DNA of 4,049 nucleotides from a virus (Duplodnaviria; Heunggongvirae; Uroviricota; Caudoviricetes): IMG/VR virus record IMGVR_UViG_2713897054_000010, positions 1 to 4,049 of that record; one strand, 5' to 3'. Shown piece by piece: positions 1 to 4,049 of this stretch (position 1 is its first letter; each line of letters starts with the position of its first letter). The notes under the pieces were generated by a model. It saw only the letters and a program-made list of their open reading frames with translations, ran no database searches and was not told where the DNA came from. The position numbers and the translations under genes were made by a program.

Positions 1-151
1 CGATGCCATTGCCCGGGCGGAAGACGTTGTGTTGTGCCTGTCCGGGATGATCGAAGCTGTTCGTCCGGATACTGATATTACTGAAGTGGCGAAAAATAAC
101 GCGCTGACTGATGATGATTTTTCTGCGGGAAAGTCTTCGACGGCGAGCTGA
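1..151 (+). CDS. G: Tail assembly chaperone G, C-terminal fragment (5' end lies upstream of the window)
   Basis: Frame beginning at nt 2 reads DAIARAEDVVLCLSGMIEAVRPDTDITEVAKNNALTDDDFSAGKSSTAS and stops at TGA 149..151. It resembles the C-terminus of lambda gpG as I recall it, sits immediately upstream of the T-frame ORF, and contains the conserved slippery heptamer near its 3' end. Confidence 0.85.
   Translation, partial: DAIARAEDVVLCLSGMIEAVRPDTDITEVAKNNALTDDDFSAGKSSTAS
127..133 (+). other. Programmed -1 ribosomal frameshift slippery heptamer G GGA AAG (G to GT recoding site)
   Basis: GGGAAAG at 127..133 lies in the zero frame of G as G|GGA|AAG, 16 nt upstream of the G stop codon. The -1 frame is open from nt 118 and continues into the T ORF to 582. 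Same heptamer and same position relative to the G stop as in the lambda G/GT site. Confidence 0.85.
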
Positions 152-582
152 ACTTTGCCCTCAGACTGGCGCGTGAGATGGGGAGACCCGACTGGCGCGC
201 CATGCTTGCCGGGATGACATCCACCGAATATGCCGACTGGCGACGTTTTTACCGCACGCATTATTTTCATGATACCCAGCTGGATATGCATTTTTCCGGG
301 CTGACGTACGCTGTACTCAGCCTGTTTTTTTGCGATCCGGATATGCATCCCTCTGATTTCAGTCTGCTGGCACCCCGACGTGATGATGAGCAGACGGAGA
401 TGCCGGATGAGGACGATATGCTGATGCGGAAAGCGGCAGGACTTTCTGGTGGTGTCCGCTTTGGGGCTGACGGGAAGGAAATCGTTACGGTCAGTGATGA
501 CATGCGGAGCAGTACAGAGGATGAAGCCATGCTGATGATGGTGTCTGAGGTAATTCCAGGAGGTGTACGCTATGGCGGGTAA
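133..582 (+). CDS. T: Tail assembly chaperone T segment, expressed only as the G-T fusion (gpGT) by -1 frameshift
   Basis: The -1 frame read from the slip site gives VFDGELNFALRLAREMGRPDWRAMLAGMTSTEYADWRRFYRTHYFHDTQLDMHFSGLTYAVLSLFF...GGVRYGG, stopping at TAA 580..582. This closely resembles lambda gpT. There is no credible Shine-Dalgarno before the internal ATG at 178, consistent with expression by frameshift only. Confidence 0.85.
   Translation, partial: VFDGELNFALRLAREMGRPDWRAMLAGMTSTEYADWRRFYRTHYFHDTQLDMHFSGLTYAVLSLFFCDPDMHPSDFSLLAPRRDDEQTEMPDEDDMLMRKAAGLSGGVRFGADGKEIVTVSDDMRSSTEDEAMLMMVSEVIPGGVRYGG
557..562 (+). promoter_or_regulatory. Shine-Dalgarno sequence (AGGAGG) for tape measure gene H
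   Basis: Perfect AGGAGG with 9-nt spacing to the ATG at 572. It lies inside the 3' end of the T reading frame. Confidence 0.6.
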
Positions 583-3205
583 TTTTGCCGATCTGACAGC
601 TGTTCTTACACTGGATTCAACCCGTTTTTCTGAAGAGGCTGCACGGGTAAAGAAAGAACTGGGTGAAACCAGTGACCTTGCGGATTTGATGGCCGGGCGT
701 GTCAGCCAGTCTTTTAAGAAACAGGCCTCTGCCGTTGAGCAGGGGCTGAGCCGCCAGGCGCTGGCTGCACAAAAAGCCGGGATGTCCGTCGGGCAGTATA
801 AAGCCGCCATGCGTATGCTACCCATGCAGTTCACCGACGTGGCCACGCAGCTTGCCGGTGGTCAGAATCCCTGGCTCATCCTGCTGCAACAGGGCGGTCA
901 GGTGAAAGACTCGTTCGGTGGTCTTATCCCGATGTTCCGGGGACTGGCGGGAGCCGTCTCGCTACCTGCCGTCGGGATCACATCACTGGTCGCCGCGACA
1001 GGTGCGCTGGCGTATGCCTGGTACCAGGGGGATTCCACGCTTTCAGCGTTTAATAAAACCCTGGTTCTTTCCGGTAATCAGTCAGGACTGACGGCAGAGC
1101 GCATGCTGACGCTCTCCAGAGCCGGGCAGGCGGCAGGGCTGACGTTTAACCAGGCGGGAGAGTCACTGGCAGCCCTGGTCAGTGCCGGTGTGCGTGGTGG
1201 TGAACAGTTTGATGCCATTAACCAGAGTGTGGCGCGTTTTGCGTCTGCCTCCGGTGTGGAGGTGGACAAGGTTGCAGAGGCTTTCGGAAAACTGACCACC
1301 GACCCGACGTCGGGGCTGACTGCGATGGCACGCCAGTTCCGCAACGTGACGGCGGAGCAGATTGCGTATGTTGCACAGCTGCAGCGTTCCGGAGACGAGG
1401 CCGGTGCCTTACAGGCGGCGAACGATGCTGCCACGAAAGGCTTTGATGAGCAGACCCGCCGCCTGAAAGAGAACATGGGGACGCTGGAAACCTGGGCGGA
1501 TAAAACAGGAAAGGCGTTCAAATCGATGTGGGATGCCATTCTGGATATCGGTCGTCCTGAATCCTCAGCGGATATGCTCGCCAGTGCGCAGAAGGCATTT
1601 GATGAGGCGGATAAAAAATGGCAGTGGTACCAGAGCCGGAGCCAGCGCCGCGGTAAAACCGCCTCGTTCCGGGCCAACCTTCAGGGTGCATGGGATGACC
1701 GGGAAAATGCCCGTCTGGGGCTGGCGGCGGCAACGCTGCAGTCGGATATGGAAAAAGCCGGTGAACTGGCGGCAAGGGACAGGGCTGAGCGTGAGGCGTC
1801 ACAGCTGAAGTATACCGGAGAGGCGCAGAAAGCGTATGAACGCCTGCTGTCGCCGCTGGAGAAATATACCGCCCGTCAGGAAGAACTGAACAGGGCCCTG
1901 AGAGACGGGAAAATCCTGCAGGCGGATTACAACACGCTGATGGCGTCGGCGAAAAAGGATTATGAATCAACGCAGAAAAAACCGAAGTCGTCAGGTGTCA
2001 GAGTGTCAGCCGGTGAGCGCCTGGAAGACCGGGCACATGCTGCCCTGCTGGCGCTTGAAACCGAGCTCCGGACGCTGGAGAAGCACAGCGGTGCGAATGA
2101 GAAAATCAGCCAGCAGCGCCGTGATTTATGGAAGGCGGAAAGCCAGTATGCCGTGTTACATGAAAAGCTGCTTGCGGATGCACAGGCCGGACAGAAAAAA
2201 TCACTTACATTGCAGGAAAAATCCCTGCTGGCTCATGAGAAAGAAACGCTGGAGTACAAACGCCAGCTGGCTGAGCTGGGTGACAAGGTGGAGCACCAGA
2301 AACGCCTGAATGAACTTGCACAGCAGGCTGCACGGTTTGAAGAGCAACAGAGCGCGAAGCAGGCCGCCATCAGCGCAAAAGCCCGTGGTCTCACTGACCG
2401 TCAGGCGCAGCGGGAGTCTGAAGCGCAGCGTCTTCGTGACGTGTATGGCGATAATCCGCAGGCGCTGGCCCGGGTCACCGGGGCACTGAAACAGACATGG
2501 GCGGATGAAGACATGCTGCGCGGTGACTGGCTGGCCGGGCTGAAGTCCGGCTGGGGGGAGTGGGCGGAAAGTGCGACGGACAGTTTTTCGCAGGTTAAAA
2601 GTGTGGCCACGCAGACCTTTGATGGTATTGCACAGAATATGGCGGCGATGCTGACCGGCAGTGAACAGAACTGGCGGGGATTCACCCGTTCGGTGCTGAC
2701 CATGATGACAGAAATCCTGCTTAAACAGGCCATGGTGGGCATTGTCGGGCGTATCGGCAGCGCCATTGGTGGGGTTGTTGGAGGTGGTGTAACGGCTTCC
2801 TCGGGGACGGCCATTGAGGCTGCGGCGGCGAACTTTCATTTCGCGACCGGCGGATTTACGGGCACGGGCGGCAAATATGAGCCTGCGGGGATAGTTCACC
2901 GCGGGGAGTTTGTCTTCACGAAGGAGGCAACCAGCCGGATAGGTGTGGGGAATCTTTACCGCCTGATGCGCGGCTATGCGGAAGGGGGTTATGTGGGTGG
3001 TGCCGGAAGTCCGGCGCAGATGCGGCGGGCGGAAGGTATTAATTTTAATCAGAACAATCACGTGGTGATTCAGAACGACGGTATCAACGGACAGGCGGGG
3101 CCGCAGCTGATGAAGGCGGTGTATGACATGGCCCGCAAGGGGGCGCAGGATGAGCTCCGGCTGCAGTTGCGTGATGGCGGTATGTTATCAGGGAGCGGGC
3201 GATGA
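572..3205 (+). CDS. H: Tail tape measure protein (lambda gpH-like), 877 aa
   Basis: Uninterrupted ORF to TGA 3203..3205. Start chosen at ATG 572 (MAGNFADLTAV...) because of the AGGAGG 9 nt upstream. Resembles lambda gpH across its length as I recall it, e.g. LSRQALAAQKAGxSVGQYKAAMRMLP, WLILLQQGGQVKDSFGG, GVEVDKVAEAFGKLTTDPTSGLTAMARQF, KILQADYNTLM, ATQTFDGIAQNMAAMLTGSEQNWR, FHFATGGFTGTGGKYEPAGIVHRGEFVFTKEATSRIGVGNLYRLMRGYA. Central part is strongly alpha-helical and charged, as expected of a tape measure protein. Confidence 0.93.
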   Translation: MAGNFADLTAVLTLDSTRFSEEAARVKKELGETSDLADLMAGRVSQSFKKQASAVEQGLSRQALAAQKAGMSVGQYKAAMRMLPMQFTDVATQLAGGQNPWLILLQQGGQVKDSFGGLIPMFRGLAGAVSLPAVGITSLVAATGALAYAWYQGDSTLSAFNKTLVLSGNQSGLTAERMLTLSRAGQAAGLTFNQAGESLAALVSAGVRGGEQFDAINQSVARFASASGVEVDKVAEAFGKLTTDPTSGLTAMARQFRNVTAEQIAYVAQLQRSGDEAGALQAANDAATKGFDEQTRRLKENMGTLETWADKTGKAFKSMWDAILDIGRPESSADMLASAQKAFDEADKKWQWYQSRSQRRGKTASFRANLQGAWDDRENARLGLAAATLQSDMEKAGELAARDRAEREASQLKYTGEAQKAYERLLSPLEKYTARQEELNRALRDGKILQADYNTLMASAKKDYESTQKKPKSSGVRVSAGERLEDRAHAALLALETELRTLEKHSGANEKISQQRRDLWKAESQYAVLHEKLLADAQAGQKKSLTLQEKSLLAHEKETLEYKRQLAELGDKVEHQKRLNELAQQAARFEEQQSAKQAAISAKARGLTDRQAQRESEAQRLRDVYGDNPQALARVTGALKQTWADEDMLRGDWLAGLKSGWGEWAESATDSFSQVKSVATQTFDGIAQNMAAMLTGSEQNWRGFTRSVLTMMTEILLKQAMVGIVGRIGSAIGGVVGGGVTASSGTAIEAAAANFHFATGGFTGTGGKYEPAGIVHRGEFVFTKEATSRIGVGNLYRLMRGYAEGGYVGGAGSPAQMRRAEGINFNQNNHVVIQNDGINGQAGPQLMKAVYDMARKGAQDELRLQLRDGGMLSGSGR
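3191..3195 (+). promoter_or_regulatory. Probable Shine-Dalgarno (GGGAG) for M, inside the 3' end of H
   Basis: GGGAG lies 6 nt upstream of the ATG at 3202. The M start overlaps the H stop (ATGA), suggesting translational coupling. Confidence 0.35.
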
Positions 3206-3531
3206 AAACCTTTCGCTGGAAAGTGAAGCCGGATATGGAGGTGAACTCGCAGCCATCGGTGCGTGAAGTGCGTTTTGGTGACGGGTACTCACAGCGTATG
3301 GCGGCAGGGCTGAATGCTGACCTGAAAACATACCGGGTGATGCTTTCCGTGAGCCGGGAGGAGGCCCGGCATCTGGAAGCGTTCCTGGCAGAGCACGGGG
3401 GCTGGAAGGCATTTTTGTGGAAGCCACCCTATGCATACCGGCAGATAAAGGTGACCTGTGCCGGGTGGTCTGCGCGGGTCGGGATGTTGCGCGTTGAGTT
3501 CAGCGCGGAGTTTAAGCAGGTGGTGAACTGA
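3202..3531 (+). CDS. M: Minor tail protein M (lambda gpM-like), 109 aa
   Basis: ORF MKTFRWKVKPDMEVNSQPSVREVRFGDGYSQRMAAGLNADLKTY...RVGMLRVEFSAEFKQVVN has the same length as lambda gpM and resembles it throughout. The ATG overlaps the H stop codon. Confidence 0.93.
   Translation: MKTFRWKVKPDMEVNSQPSVREVRFGDGYSQRMAAGLNADLKTYRVMLSVSREEARHLEAFLAEHGGWKAFLWKPPYAYRQIKVTCAGWSARVGMLRVEFSAEFKQVVN
3518..3526 (+). promoter_or_regulatory. Probable Shine-Dalgarno (AGGTGGTGA) for L, inside the 3' end of M
   Basis: Purine-rich AGGTGGTGA ends 4 nt upstream of the ATG at 3531. The L start overlaps the M stop by 1 nt (TGATG). Confidence 0.35.
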
Positions 3532-4049
3532 TGCAGGATATTCACGAAGCAAGCCTGAACGAGTCGGTTAAGTCAGAGCAGTCACCGCGGGTGGTGCTCT
3601 GGGAAATCGACCTGACGTTGCAGGGCGGTGAGCGGTATTTTTTCTGCAATGAGCTGAATGAAAAAGGGGAGCCGGTGACCTGGCAGGGGCGTGAATATCA
3701 GGCCTACCCGATTGAGGGCAGCGGCTTTGAGATGAACGGAAAGGGCAGCAGTGCCCGCCCGTCGCTGACGGTGTCCAATCTGTTTGGCCTTGCCACCGGG
3801 ATGGCGGAGGATTTGCAGAGCCTGGTGGGGGCCACGGTGGTCCGTCGCCGGGTGTATGCGCGTTTTCTGGATGCGGTGAACTTTGTGGCAGGCAATCCTG
3901 AGGCAGACCCGGAGCAGGAGCTGACGGACCGCTGGGTGGTGGAGCAGATGTCAGCGCTGACGGCCATGACGGCCTCGTTTGTGCTGGCGACACCGACGGA
4001 GACGGACGGTGTGCTGTTTCCCGGTCGCATCATGCTGGCGAACACCTGT
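3531..4049 (+). CDS. L: Minor tail / tail tip assembly protein L (lambda gpL-like), N-terminal 173 codons; 3' end beyond window
   Basis: Frame 3 is open from ATG 3531 to the window end and reads MQDIHEASLNESVKSEQSPRVVLWEIDLTLQGGERYFFCNELNEKGEPVTWQGREYQAYPIEGSGFEMNGKG...TETDGVLFPGRIMLANTC. It closely resembles the N-terminal ~170 residues of lambda gpL (232 aa in lambda). Confidence 0.93.
   Translation, partial: MQDIHEASLNESVKSEQSPRVVLWEIDLTLQGGERYFFCNELNEKGEPVTWQGREYQAYPIEGSGFEMNGKGSSARPSLTVSNLFGLATGMAEDLQSLVGATVVRRRVYARFLDAVNFVAGNPEADPEQELTDRWVVEQMSALTAMTASFVLATPTETDGVLFPGRIMLANTC

Noticed and set aside
440-452. Chi-like motif CTGGTGG near 445
   Set aside because: It lacks the leading G of the full Chi octamer GCTGGTGG. 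No complete Chi site was seen on either strand in my scan.
267-530. 87-aa minus-strand ORF antisense to T
   Set aside because: Embedded in the conserved T frame, Ser-rich, no independent evidence.
563-571. GTG at 563 as the H start codon (ORF track begins MYAMAGNF)
   Set aside because: GTG 563 lies immediately after the AGGAGG at 557..562 with no spacer, whereas ATG 572 has ideal 9-nt spacing, so 572 is the likelier initiation codon. The choice changes the protein by only 3 residues.
178-582. T as an independently initiated gene starting at ATG 178 (as the ORF track suggests)
   Set aside because: The frame is open upstream back to nt 118 and runs through the GGGAAAG slip site. No Shine-Dalgarno precedes ATG 178. 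In lambda, T is made only as the G-T frameshift fusion, so the feature is called from 133.
1078-1970. Minus-strand ORFs 1078..1677 (199 aa) and 1518..1970 (150 aa) antisense to H
   Set aside because: Same reasoning: embedded antisense frames in a GC-rich gene, with Ser/Pro/Ala/Arg-rich products and no independent support.
1533-2309. Plus-strand alternative-frame ORFs inside H (1533..1808, 91 aa; 1962..2309, 115 aa)
   Set aside because: Out-of-frame overlaps of the conserved H frame. Products are highly basic and low complexity with no ribosome-binding site, so most likely chance ORFs.
2401-2814. 137-aa minus-strand ORF antisense to the H C-terminal region
   Set aside because: Antisense to the most conserved part of H. 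Pro/Ser/Ala-rich product with no supporting signals.
2201-3061. 286-aa ORF on the minus strand, antisense to the 3' part of H
   Set aside because: Lies entirely inside the strongly supported H coding sequence. Its product is Arg/Pro-rich and low complexity, typical of spurious antisense ORFs in GC-rich coding DNA, with no start context or recognisable protein features.
3188-4045. Minus-strand ORFs antisense to M and L (3188..3436, 3289..3552, 3568..3993, 3704..4045)
   Set aside because: All overlap the strongly supported M and L genes on the opposite strand and encode Pro/Ser/Ala-rich low-complexity peptides. Regarded as GC-driven artefacts.

Overview
The whole window is one co-directional (+ strand), tightly packed block of lambdoid siphophage tail-assembly genes, in the same order as phage lambda G-T-H-M-L. 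It holds the 3' end of tail assembly chaperone G (1..151), the -1 frameshift extension T (133..582) reached through a GGGAAAG slippery heptamer at 127..133, the complete tape measure protein H (572..3205, 877 aa), minor tail protein M (3202..3531, 109 aa) and the 5' 173 codons of tail tip protein L (3531..4049, runs off the window). Identification rests on strong protein-level resemblance to lambda gpT, gpH, gpM and gpL as I recall them, plus conserved gene order and overlapping stop/start junctions. GC content is high, roughly 60% in the one 60-nt stretch I counted, consistent with a lambda-like left arm. There is no intergenic space and every base is accounted for by these genes. I find no support for a separate novel system such as a defence island, CRISPR array, RNA gene or mobile element. 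The points worth a second look are the recoding site, the tape measure length and segment composition, and possible mosaic divergence from lambda. All homology statements are from memory, not from a database search.
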